Assembly: GCA_040222645.1 (NCBI GenBank)
Contig: JAVKCR010000114.1
Location: 1 to 37,433 of the forward strand
DNA length: 37,433 nt
Direction: 5' to 3'
From: Rhodospirillales bacterium
GTDB taxonomy: Bacteria; Pseudomonadota; Alphaproteobacteria; Rhodospirillales; HT1-32
Positions 18,225 to 27,483 of the stretch are shown piece after piece; positions within the stretch are counted from its first letter, which is position 1; every line of letters starts with the position of its first letter. The position numbers and the translations under genes were made by a program. The notes below the pieces were generated by a model. That model was not told where the DNA came from. It was given only the letters and a program-made list of their open reading frames with translations, and did not search any database.

Positions 18225-19376
18225 ATGGGCATCCAGTCAGTCATCGAGCGCCAGCCTGCATTCGACTTCTCGGAGATTTCCCCGCCGCAGGCCCGTGGCC
18301 GCGGCGCCACCGTCAATCCGGGCAGCCGCTACTTGACCGAACGGCGAACCTATGTCGATGACGGCTGGTACGACGCCCCCTGGCAGCGCGACGGCGAGAC
18401 GATATCCGACCCGATGGAAGGGCGCCGCGTCGAAACCGAACTGCTGGTGGACTCCAGCCGCACCATCATTTCCCGGAACAAGTCGCCGGACGTGCCGTTC
18501 TACCGCTCGATCAATCCCTACAAGGGCTGTGAGCATGGCTGCACCTATTGCTTCGCCCGGCCGACCCATGCCTATCTCGACCTGTCCCCCGGTCTCGATT
18601 TCGAGACACGCATCTTCCACAAGCCGGACGCCGCCGCGCTGCTGGCCGACGAATTGCGCAACCCGCGCTATCGCTGCGACGTCATCGCCATGGGCACCAA
18701 CACCGACCCGTACCAGCCGGTGGAGCGCGATGCCGGGACCACGCGGGCCATCCTGGAAGTGCTGCGCGACCACAACCACCCGGTCAGCATCGTCACCAAG
18801 TCGGACCTGGTGCTGCGCGATCTCGACATCCTCGGGCCGATGGCGGCGAAGGGGCTGGCCAAGGTGATGCTCTCGGTCACCACCCTCGACCGCGACCTCG
18901 CGCGCAAGATGGAACCGCGGGCGGCGACCCCGGCCAAGCGGCTGAAGGCGATCCGCCAGCTCACCGATGCCGGCGTGCCGTCGGGCGTCATGGTGGCGCC
19001 GGTGATTCCCGGTCTCACCGATACCGAGCTCGAACAGATCCTCGCCGCCGCGGCGTCCGCCGGCGCGATCTTCGCCGGCTATATCCTGCTCCGCCTGCCG
19101 CTGGAAGTGCGCGAGATCTTCATGGACTGGCTGGCGAACGCCTATCCCAACCGGCTGCGCAAGGTGACCAACCTGATGAAGGCCAGCCGCGGCGGCAGGC
19201 TCTACACGCCGGAGTTCGGCACGCGGATGCGCGGCACCGGCATCTTCGCCAACCTGCTGGAACGCCGCTTCGACCGCGCCGTGCGCCAGCATGATTTCAA
19301 CCGCCATGCATGGCGCCCGACGCTCGATGCCTTCCGCCCGCCGGTGCGTTCCGGCGACCAGCTTCGGCTGCTCTGA
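18225..19376 (+). CDS. PA0069/Rv2578c-family (SplB-like) radical SAM protein
   Basis: SINPYKGCEHGCTYCFARPTH (CxxxCxxC), LSPGLDFET, GTNTDPYQP; GGAGGAG RBS before ATG 18225. Confidence 0.93.
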   Translation: MGIQSVIERQPAFDFSEISPPQARGRGATVNPGSRYLTERRTYVDDGWYDAPWQRDGETISDPMEGRRVETELLVDSSRTIISRNKSPDVPFYRSINPYKGCEHGCTYCFARPTHAYLDLSPGLDFETRIFHKPDAAALLADELRNPRYRCDVIAMGTNTDPYQPVERDAGTTRAILEVLRDHNHPVSIVTKSDLVLRDLDILGPMAAKGLAKVMLSVTTLDRDLARKMEPRAATPAKRLKAIRQLTDAGVPSGVMVAPVIPGLTDTELEQILAAAASAGAIFAGYILLRLPLEVREIFMDWLANAYPNRLRKVTNLMKASRGGRLYTPEFGTRMRGTGIFANLLERRFDRAVRQHDFNRHAWRPTLDAFRPPVRSGDQLRLL

Positions 19377-19436
19377 AGCAGCTCCGGGCTGAACCTGAAG
19401 GCTTGCGGCGGCCGGTGCGCCCGCTACTCTCCGGCC

Positions 19437-20048
19437 ATGCCTGATTTCTTGCTGGAGAGGGCGGCGCCGCAACCGGTGGCCGGAATCGACGAGGCGGGCC
19501 GCGGCCCGTGGGCGGGGCCGGTGGTCGCCGCGGCCGTGATCCTGCCCGAAGACGCGCTCGCGCCAGGCCTCCTCACGCTCCTCGACGATTCGAAGAAGCT
19601 GACCGAAAAGCGGCGCGACCGCCTGTTCGACGCCCTCCTCGCCAATGACGCGATCTGCATCGGTGTCGGCATGGCCAGCGTCGACGAGATCGACAGCCTG
19701 AACATCCTCAACGCCACCTTCCTCGCCATGCGCCGCGCAGCCGAACATCTGCCTCGCCTGCCCGCCCATGCCCTGGTCGACGGCAACCGGCTGCCCCCCG
19801 GCCTCGCCTGTTCCGCCGAGACGGTGGTGAAGGGTGACGGGCGTTGCTGTTCGATCGCCGCCGCCTCGGTGATCGCCAAGGTTTTCCGCGACCGGCTGAT
19901 GCGCGAACTCGCCGAGAGCTACCCCGGCTACGGCTGGCGGCGCAATGTCGGCTACGGCACCGCCGAGCACAGGGCAGCGATAGAAAAACATGGAATAACG
20001 CCTCACCATCGGAAAAGTTTTAGTCCGGTTGCTGCGTTTATTACTTAG
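19437..20048 (+). CDS. rnhB: Ribonuclease HII
   Basis: GIDEAGRGPWAGPV, DSKKL, LVDGN, KGD, SIAAASVIAKV, GYGTAEH, HRKSF. Confidence 0.97.
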   Translation: MPDFLLERAAPQPVAGIDEAGRGPWAGPVVAAAVILPEDALAPGLLTLLDDSKKLTEKRRDRLFDALLANDAICIGVGMASVDEIDSLNILNATFLAMRRAAEHLPRLPAHALVDGNRLPPGLACSAETVVKGDGRCCSIAAASVIAKVFRDRLMRELAESYPGYGWRRNVGYGTAEHRAAIEKHGITPHHRKSFSPVAAFIT

Positions 20049-20051
20049 AAA

Positions 20052-20100
20052 ATACCATATATTGTGTTTACTACTTGTTAACTATAAATATATATTGACC
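20052..20100. promoter_or_regulatory. Two NrdR-box-like sites in the ccrM promoter
   Basis: ataccatatattgtgt (20052-20067) matches acaCwAtATaTwGtgt at 14/16; weaker taaatatatattgacc (20085-20100), 33 nt start-to-start. Confidence 0.45.
20067..20082 (+). promoter_or_regulatory. CtrA box TTTA-N7-TTAAC upstream of ccrM
   Basis: tttactacttgttaac, one mismatch to TTAA-N7-TTAAC; ccrM is an established CtrA target. Confidence 0.75.
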
Positions 20101-20103
20101 GGT

Positions 20104-21215
<1,112 letters not shown>

Positions 21216-21233
21216 AATCCAAGCCCCCTCCTC

Positions 21234-21316
21234 CCCTCGCCATCGCGAACGCGGGGGTCCAGGATGGACAGGCAGAGCTTTCCGGCCCTGGATTCCCACT
21301 TGCGCGGGAACGAGGG
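21234..21316. repeat. Degenerate REP/RPE-like palindromic element between convergent ccrM and qor (may act as a bidirectional terminator)
   Basis: Left arm ccctcgccatcgcgaacgcgggggtccagg pairs with right arm cctggattcccacttgcgcgggaacgaggg; resembles the ...CCCGCGAAAGCGGGAATCCAG / CTGGATTCCCGCTTTCGCGGGAA repeat family. Confidence 0.7.
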
Positions 21317-21320
21317 ATTT

Positions 21321-22307
21321 CTATATCTCCAGCAACAGTTTCCCCCGGCTTTCCCGTCCCTCGAGGGCGCGCTGCGCATCCGCCGCCTCGGCGAGCGGCC
21401 AGCGCCGGTCGAGGGTGACGGTGAGCCTGCCCTCCCGGCAGAGCTGGAACAGGTCGCTGGCGCGCGACCGCCGGGTCGCCGCGTCGGGAATATAGTCCGC
21501 GAGATGCGGGCGGGTGAAGAAGACCGAGCCGGCTTCCGCCAGCCCCAGCGGCGAGACCGCCTCGATGGCGCCGGAGGCCGCACCGAAACTGACCAGCGTG
21601 CCGCGCTTGCGCAGACATCTCAGCGACCGCTCGTAGGTCGCCCGGCCGACCGAATCGTAGACCACGTGCACGCCCTCGCCCCCGGTGATCTCCGCCACCC
21701 GCTCGGCGAAATCCTCGCTGCTGTAGACCACCACATGGTCCGCGCCGCGGGCTCTCGCGATCTCCGCCTTCTCCGCCGTTCCCACGGTGGCGATCACCTT
21801 GGCACCACGCGCCTTGGCCAGCTGGATGGCGAGCTGTCCGACGCCGCCGGCCCCCGCATGCAGCAGGCAGGTCTGCCCGGCCTCGAGCGGGAACAGCGAA
21901 TGGGTGAGGTAATGCGCGGTCGAGCCCTGCAGCATCAGCGCCGCCCCGGTATCGAGGCCGATATCGTCCGGCACCGGCACCAGTTTCCAGGCCGGGACCG
22001 CTGCATATTCGGCATAGGACCCGAGTTCGAGGCAGTAGGCCACGCGGTCTCCCGGCCGGATGTCCGTCACCCCCGCGCCGACCGCCTCGACCACGCCCGC
22101 ACCTTCCATGCCGATGACCACCGGCAGGGTCTGGGCGTAGGTGTGCGATTTCGCGTAGAGACCGGAGCGCACGTAGATGTCGATGAAATTGAGCCCGGCG
22201 ACCGACTGGCGGACAAGCGCCTCGCCCGGCTGCGGTACGGGTACCGGCATGTCGGCAAGTTCGAGCCGGTCGGCGGAGCCATAGGCGCGAACGACGACAG
22301 CCTTCAC
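21321..22307 (-). CDS. qor: NADPH:quinone oxidoreductase (zeta-crystallin/MDR family)
   Basis: GLNFIDIYVRSGLY, GMEGAGVV, LHAGAGGVG, VVYDSVG, FGAASG, FFTRPHL. Confidence 0.9.
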   Translation of the reverse strand: MKAVVVRAYGSADRLELADMPVPVPQPGEALVRQSVAGLNFIDIYVRSGLYAKSHTYAQTLPVVIGMEGAGVVEAVGAGVTDIRPGDRVAYCLELGSYAEYAAVPAWKLVPVPDDIGLDTGAALMLQGSTAHYLTHSLFPLEAGQTCLLHAGAGGVGQLAIQLAKARGAKVIATVGTAEKAEIARARGADHVVVYSSEDFAERVAEITGGEGVHVVYDSVGRATYERSLRCLRKRGTLVSFGAASGAIEAVSPLGLAEAGSVFFTRPHLADYIPDAATRRSRASDLFQLCREGRLTVTLDRRWPLAEAADAQRALEGRESRGKLLLEI

Positions 22308-23191
22308 GCCGCGCTCTCCACCGGCGCCGAGAACGGCTCGCCGGCGCGCGCCCTGATCTGGGTGCGATGCATGATGCGCCGCGAGTCCGGATCGAAGGGA
22401 TCGCGGCGATGCATGGTGCAGCGGTTGTCCCAGATCAGGATGTCGCCCGGCCGCCAGGAATGGTGCCAGGTGAACTCGTCCTTCGCGGCATGGGCCCAGA
22501 GCTCGTCGAGCAGGGCCTCCGATTCGGCCAGCGGCAGGCCGGCGATCCAGGCATGCAGCCGGCGGCCGAGATAGAGCGCCGGCCGGCCGGTTTCCGGATG
22601 CTGCCGCACGATCGGGTGCAACTGGCCGGGGGAGGTCGTCACGTCGCTGACCTCCGCCGCGCCGAGCCGCCGGTAGCCGGCGCTGTTGGTGGTCGAATCA
22701 TGCTTGATCTGCAGCCCCTCCACCCGGCGGCGCAGCCCGTCGGGCAAGGCATCGAAAGCGGCATACATGTTCATGAAACCGGTCTTGCCGCCGGCGGCCG
22801 GCGTTTCCAGGCAATAGAGCATGCTCGCCATCGGCGGGGCCGGCAGGTAGTTCATGTCGGTGTGCCAGACCGATTCCCCGGCGCCGAGACTGCCGATCGC
22901 CTCGCCCTTCTCGATCACGTTGGAAACGACGAAGACCTCCGGGAAGCCGCCGGCATGACGCTGGCCATTCTCGTTCGGCGGCGCGATGTCGAGCTCTCCG
23001 AAGCGCCGCGAGAAGGCGACGAGATCGGCATCGCTCAGCGTCTGGCCGCGCGCCAGCAGCACCTGCCCGTCGAGCCAGGCCGCGTAGAGCGCGGCGAAAT
23101 CGGCCTCCGACGGATCGGCGAAATCGACGCCGGTCACCTCGACGCCGATGGCGTCCGACAATTTTCTCGTGGCGAATGCCGATGCGCTCAT
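22304..23191 (-). CDS. TauD/TfdA-family Fe(II)/2-oxoglutarate dioxygenase
   Basis: WHTDM (HxD), GGKTGF, HPIVRQHPETGRPALY, WRPGDILIWDNRCTMHRR. True start ATG 23191 overlaps the IclR stop. Confidence 0.92.
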   Translation of the reverse strand: MSASAFATRKLSDAIGVEVTGVDFADPSEADFAALYAAWLDGQVLLARGQTLSDADLVAFSRRFGELDIAPPNENGQRHAGGFPEVFVVSNVIEKGEAIGSLGAGESVWHTDMNYLPAPPMASMLYCLETPAAGGKTGFMNMYAAFDALPDGLRRRVEGLQIKHDSTTNSAGYRRLGAAEVSDVTTSPGQLHPIVRQHPETGRPALYLGRRLHAWIAGLPLAESEALLDELWAHAAKDEFTWHHSWRPGDILIWDNRCTMHRRDPFDPDSRRIMHRTQIRARAGEPFSAPVESAA

Positions 23192-23985
23192 ACCCTGTCC
23201 TCCAGTACGTGTTTCTGTTCCCGGTAATAGTCGGCGAGATCGCCGGTCGCCTGCCGCAGGCGGCGCAGATGTTCCTGCGCCCGGGCCAGCGTCAGCCGGA
23301 AGACTGGGGCGTGGACGGAAATCCCCGCCACCGGCTTGCCGGACGAGCCGAAGACCGGCACCGCGATGCCGATCAGGCCCTGCATGTTCTCTTCGTTGTT
23401 CAGCGAATAGCCGCGGTCGCGGATGATGCGGAACTGCGCCTCGAGCGCCGCCGGGTCGGTGAGCGTGTTCGGCGTGTAGCGTTCGAGCGGACCGTCGACG
23501 AGGCGGCTGCGTGTACGTTTCGGCAGCCAGGCGAGGAACAGCTTGCCGAGCGCGGTCGCGTGCAGCGGCACATGGGTTCCGGCGCGCAATTGCAGGCGCA
23601 GCGGCCAGTCGCATTCCACCCGGTGGACATAGAGCACCCGACTGCGGTCGAGCACGCCCATGTTGCAGGTCTCGCCGATATCCTCGACCAGCCGCCGCAG
23701 GATGGCATCGACCGGGGCGGCGCGGGCATCGGCGCGGATCGCGGCGAGCCCGAGATCGACGGCGCGGTGACCGACGATATAGCAATCCTTCTCCGGGTCG
23801 CGGTTCAGGATGCCGGTTTCCAGCAGCTGGGCCGCAAGGCGGTGCGCGGTCTGGCGCGGGATATCCAGCGCCTGCGCGATCTCGGCCAGCGCCACCGGCC
23901 CGTTGCGGCCGGCCACCACCTCGAGGATGGCGAGCGACTTCGCAAGCGCCGATCCGCGCCAGGCTTCCTGCATCATCTCGTTCAT
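23188..23985 (-). CDS. IclR-family transcriptional regulator
   Basis: HTH LAEIAQALDIPRQTAHRL; GETCNMG; PLHATALGKLFLA; IRDRGYSLNNEE...GIAVPV. Confidence 0.93.
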   Translation of the reverse strand: MNEMMQEAWRGSALAKSLAILEVVAGRNGPVALAEIAQALDIPRQTAHRLAAQLLETGILNRDPEKDCYIVGHRAVDLGLAAIRADARAAPVDAILRRLVEDIGETCNMGVLDRSRVLYVHRVECDWPLRLQLRAGTHVPLHATALGKLFLAWLPKRTRSRLVDGPLERYTPNTLTDPAALEAQFRIIRDRGYSLNNEENMQGLIGIAVPVFGSSGKPVAGISVHAPVFRLTLARAQEHLRRLRQATGDLADYYREQKHVLEDRV

Positions 23986-24062
23986 GCGGCAAGACTAGAC
24001 CGGCAACGGAAAAGGATTCAATCGCGTTCCGGAACATACTGTCCCGGTTTATGACGAATATG

Positions 24063-24464
24063 TCAGTCGCCGGAGGATTCTTCCTCGATCCGCTCCATGT
24101 CCTCGTCGGAAAGGCCGAAATGGTGGCCGATCTCGTGGATCAGCACATGGCGGACGACATGGCGGAGATCCTCGCCGGTCTCGCACCAGTAATCGAGGAT
24201 CGGACGGCGGAACAGGAAGATCATGTCGGGCCGGTCGACCACGGCGCCGGAAAACTGCTCGCCGAAGGGCAGGCCGCTGTAGAGCCCGAGGATGTCGAAG
24301 GGTGACTCGAGGTCCATTTCGGCACAGATTTCGTCGTCGGGAAATTCCTCGACAAAGACCGGCACGCCCTCGGCATACTGTCGGAGTTCGTCCGGAATGG
24401 CGCCCATCGCCTCCTCGGCAAGGGCAACCATGTCGTCGGCGGTCGGCGGCAGGATCGGTTTCAT
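24063..24464 (-). CDS. Zincin_1 (DUF1025) metallopeptidase-like protein
   Basis: [37 protein letters not shown] (HExxH). Confidence 0.88.
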   Translation of the reverse strand: MKPILPPTADDMVALAEEAMGAIPDELRQYAEGVPVFVEEFPDDEICAEMDLESPFDILGLYSGLPFGEQFSGAVVDRPDMIFLFRRPILDYWCETGEDLRHVVRHVLIHEIGHHFGLSDEDMERIEEESSGD

Positions 24465-24568
24465 GGCGCTACTATACGGGCGCACACCGCCGGGAAAACC
24501 GGAAAGACGGCCTTGAGACAGGAGGCCGCGGCGACAACATCCGAAGGGTGGCAGCAAGGAGGATCATC

Positions 24569-24862
24569 ATGAAGAAGCTGGAAGGCCCGGAACGCGACGC
24601 GGCGATCGGCGCGTTGCATGGCTGGCAGGAGGCGGCGGACCGCGACGCGATCTGCAAGACATACCGCTTCGCAGATTTCAACGAGGCGTTCGGCTGGATG
24701 TCCCGGGTGGCGCTGGCCGCGGAGAAGGCCGACCACCATCCCGAATGGTTCAACGTCTACCGCACCGTCGAGGTGACCCTGGCCACTCACGATGCGGGCG
24801 GCCTGACCGAGAAGGACGTGGCGCTGGCCCGGTTGATGGACGATTACGCCCGCGATTCCTGA
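24569..24862 (+). CDS. phhB: Pterin-4-alpha-carbinolamine dehydratase
   Basis: [36 protein letters not shown]; AAGGAGG RBS before ATG 24569. Confidence 0.93.
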   Translation: MKKLEGPERDAAIGALHGWQEAADRDAICKTYRFADFNEAFGWMSRVALAAEKADHHPEWFNVYRTVEVTLATHDAGGLTEKDVALARLMDDYARDS

Positions 24863-26854
24863 TCAGCTTCCGAGCGGGGCGGTCGCGCGCCGGAGCCAGT
24901 CCGCAGCCGCCCCGTCGAGTTGCGGGCCGACGACGCGGGCGACCTCCGCATGGTAGGCATCGAGCCAGGCGATCTCGTCACGGTTCATCAGGTCGGTGTC
25001 GACCAGCCGCCGGTCGATCGGCGCCAGGGTCAGGGTACGGAAGCCCTGCCAGCCGGCCTCGCCGGTATCGGCGGTCTCGACCAGCACCAGGTTCTCGATG
25101 CGGATGCCGAAGGCGCCGGTCTTGTAGTAGCCGGGTTCGTTGGAGACGATCATGCCGGGTTCGAGTTCGACCGCGCTCATGCCGCCGATGCGCTGCGGCC
25201 CCTCGTGAACGCCGAGATAGGAGCCGACGCCGTGACCGGTGCCGTGGTCGTAATTGAGCCCGTGGCGCCAGAGATGCTGGCGCGCCAGCCCGTCGAGCAG
25301 GCCGCCCTTGGTGCCGGCGGGGAAGCGGGCGGTGGCCAGCGAGATATGACCTTTCAGCACCAGCGTGAAGGCGCGGCGCATCTCCTCCGACGGCGCGCCG
25401 ATGGCGATGGTGCGGGTGACGTCCGTCGTGCCGTCGAGATACTGCCCGCCGGAATCGACGAGGAACAGCTCGCCCGCGCCGAGAATCCGGTCGCTACGTT
25501 CCGTCACCCGGTAATGCACGATGGCGCCGTTCGGGCCGGAACCCGCGATGGTGGAGAAGCTCGGGCCGCGATAGTTCTCCATCTCCTCGCGGAAGGCCGC
25601 GAGGCGGGCGACGCAATCCAGCTCGCTCGCCCCCGGCGCGTTCTCGTCGAGCCAGTGCAGGAAGCGCGACAGCGCCGCACCGTCCCGATGGTGGGCGGCG
25701 ATGGTGCCGGCGATCTCCGTCGCGTTCTTGATCGCGCGCGGATGAATGCAGGGATCGTCCGCCTCGACGATCTCGGCGCCGCCTTCCGCAAGCCGGAGCC
25801 GGATCCATTCGTTCGCGCCGTTCGGATCGATCGAGACCTTCGCGCCATCCGCCCCGAGGGCTTCCAGCGCCGGGCCGAACCGCTCCGGCGGGAAGAGATT
25901 CACCGCCGGCCCGAGATGGTCGCGCGTCGCCGGCGGCACCTTGATCGCGTCGATGAACAGATCGACAGCGCCGTCGCTCTTCTGGATGGCATGGCAGAGC
26001 GGCAGCGGCGTCGAATCGGTGTCCTGGCCGCGGATGTTGAGCAGCCAGGCCACGGAGTCCGGCTGCGAGAGAACCGTGGCCGCCGCACCCCGTCCGGCGA
26101 TGATCTCGGCGATGCGCTGGCGTTTCTGCTCGGCGGCCTCGCCGGCGAAGGCCTGGGGATGCGCCACGACCGGCGACAGCGGGCGCGGCGGGCGGTCTTC
26201 CCAGACCTCGTCCACCGGGTTGGCATCGAGCGCGACCAGCCTGCCGCCGGCGGCTTCCACCGCCTTGCGGAGCGCAGCGGCGCCGCGGATACCGTGCAGC
26301 CGGGGATCGAAGCCGATCTGCATGCCCTCCTGCACCCGTTCGCGCAGCCAGTCGGTGGCGGGTTCGCGGATCAGGTGGCGGAATTCGAAGATCGAGCCAT
26401 CCGCCTGGTCCTGCACCTGCAGGGTATAGCGGCCGTCGATGAACAAGGCGGCGCTATCGGCCATGATTATCGCCAGCCCGGCCGAGCCGGTGAAGCCGGT
26501 GAGCCAGGCCAGCCGTTCGCTGTCGGCGGGCACGAACTCGCCGAGATGCTCGTCGGAACGCGGCACGATGAAACCGTCGATGCCGAGATCACGCAACCGC
26601 GCGCGCAGCGCCGCGACCCGGCCCGGCCGCACGGGGCTGTCCACCGGCTCCAGGGCGGCGCGGGCATCGAGCAGGGCGGCGCGCGTCCCGGCATCCGCCG
26701 ACGGCGCGATCAGGTCGATCCAGCCATCCGCCGGCCAGCCGCGCGGCGCGGCGGCAGCGCGGGCGATGGCTTCGGCGAATTCCGCGGTTCCAAGCGCGCT
26801 TCCGGAACGCTCGCGCAATTCCTCGATCGAATGCGGTTTCTGGTCGTCAGGCAT
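24863..26854 (-). CDS. Xaa-Pro aminopeptidase (aminopeptidase P, three-domain type) with an extra N-terminal module
   Basis: DEHLGE, LTGFTGSAG, DGRY, WLLNIRG, AIVHY, DSGGQYLDGTTDVTRT, HGTGHGVG, VHEGP, SNEPGYY, GIRIEN. Start ATG 26854 or 26896. Confidence 0.95.
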   Translation of the reverse strand: MPDDQKPHSIEELRERSGSALGTAEFAEAIARAAAAPRGWPADGWIDLIAPSADAGTRAALLDARAALEPVDSPVRPGRVAALRARLRDLGIDGFIVPRSDEHLGEFVPADSERLAWLTGFTGSAGLAIIMADSAALFIDGRYTLQVQDQADGSIFEFRHLIREPATDWLRERVQEGMQIGFDPRLHGIRGAAALRKAVEAAGGRLVALDANPVDEVWEDRPPRPLSPVVAHPQAFAGEAAEQKRQRIAEIIAGRGAAATVLSQPDSVAWLLNIRGQDTDSTPLPLCHAIQKSDGAVDLFIDAIKVPPATRDHLGPAVNLFPPERFGPALEALGADGAKVSIDPNGANEWIRLRLAEGGAEIVEADDPCIHPRAIKNATEIAGTIAAHHRDGAALSRFLHWLDENAPGASELDCVARLAAFREEMENYRGPSFSTIAGSGPNGAIVHYRVTERSDRILGAGELFLVDSGGQYLDGTTDVTRTIAIGAPSEEMRRAFTLVLKGHISLATARFPAGTKGGLLDGLARQHLWRHGLNYDHGTGHGVGSYLGVHEGPQRIGGMSAVELEPGMIVSNEPGYYKTGAFGIRIENLVLVETADTGEAGWQGFRTLTLAPIDRRLVDTDLMNRDEIAWLDAYHAEVARVVGPQLDGAAADWLRRATAPLGS

Positions 26855-26988
26855 GGTTCGGTTTCCGGGTTCGCTGGAATGCACAAGAGAGGCCATTCAG
26901 TTAACCACGGCGCCGCGCCTTGGCAATGGCCAGGGCCGGGCAACGCGGCGTATTTCCCTCCCGCCCCGGATGCGATTACAATGGCGCC

Positions 26989-27354
26989 ATGAGGAAACGT
27001 CTCCTGACCGTTCTGCTGGCGGTGGCAGGCGCCATGACAACGGGACCCGCTTTCGCGGAGGGCAACCCCGCAGACGGCGAACGGATCGCGAAGGTTCATT
27101 GCGCGCGCTGCCACGTGATCGGCGACTTCAACCGCCTCGGCGGCATCGACAGCACACCCTCCTTCGCGGTGCTGCTGAAGATGCCGGATGCCGACGAACG
27201 TTTCTCCTCCTTCTATGTCCGCCGCCCGCACCCGGTTTTCGTGCGGGTGCCCGACAGCCCGCGCTGGAGCCCCGATCCGCCCAACGCCACCGCCTTCCCC
27301 TTCACCCTCGAAGACCTCGACGACCTGCTCGCCTACGTGGAAACGCTGAAATAG
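26989..27354 (+). CDS. Periplasmic monoheme c-type cytochrome
   Basis: Signal peptide MRKRLLTVLLAVAGAMTTGPAFA; GERIAKVHCARCH (CxxCH); C-terminal helix DLDDLLAYVETL. Confidence 0.85.
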   Translation: MRKRLLTVLLAVAGAMTTGPAFAEGNPADGERIAKVHCARCHVIGDFNRLGGIDSTPSFAVLLKMPDADERFSSFYVRRPHPVFVRVPDSPRWSPDPPNATAFPFTLEDLDDLLAYVETLK

Positions 27355-27379
27355 CGGGAGAGCGGCGAGAAGCTACGGC

Positions 27380-27408
27380 CCTCGTCCTGAACTCGTTTCA
27401 GGACGAGG
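27380..27408. terminator. 12-bp perfect hairpin (terminator or REP-like element) after the cytochrome c gene
   Basis: cctcgtcctgaa-ctcgt-ttcaggacgagg; no U-tract. Confidence 0.55.
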
Positions 27409-27421
27409 TCAACGCCATCAT

Positions 27422-27455
27422 TTGACAGATTGTCGACAATCCTATTTCATACAAT
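27422..27455 (+). promoter_or_regulatory. Promoter -35 (TTGACA) abutting a perfect 14-bp GntR/FadR-type operator palindrome, plus a degenerate second site
   Basis: TTGACA 27422-27427; GATTGTCGACAATC 27428-27441; ATTTCATACAAT 27444-27455. A GntR(FCD) gene lies in the downstream operon. Confidence 0.75.
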
Positions 27456-27483
27456 CCTCTTTCGATCAGGGGAGTTCACGATC

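Noticed and set aside
16601-19376. Arsenosugar biosynthesis cluster
   Set aside because: The radical SAM is PA0069/SplB-like, not ArsS, and no arsM or ars genes are in the window.
22304-24037. 577-aa ORF suggesting an extended TauD or an IclR-TauD fusion
   Set aside because: The N-terminal half is an alternative frame of the IclR gene; the real start at 23191 overlaps the IclR stop, and no slippery site is evident.
26901-26908. TTAACCAC as a CtrA site between the aminopeptidase and cytochrome c genes
   Set aside because: Single imperfect half-site with no partner at N7 spacing and no cell-cycle gene context.
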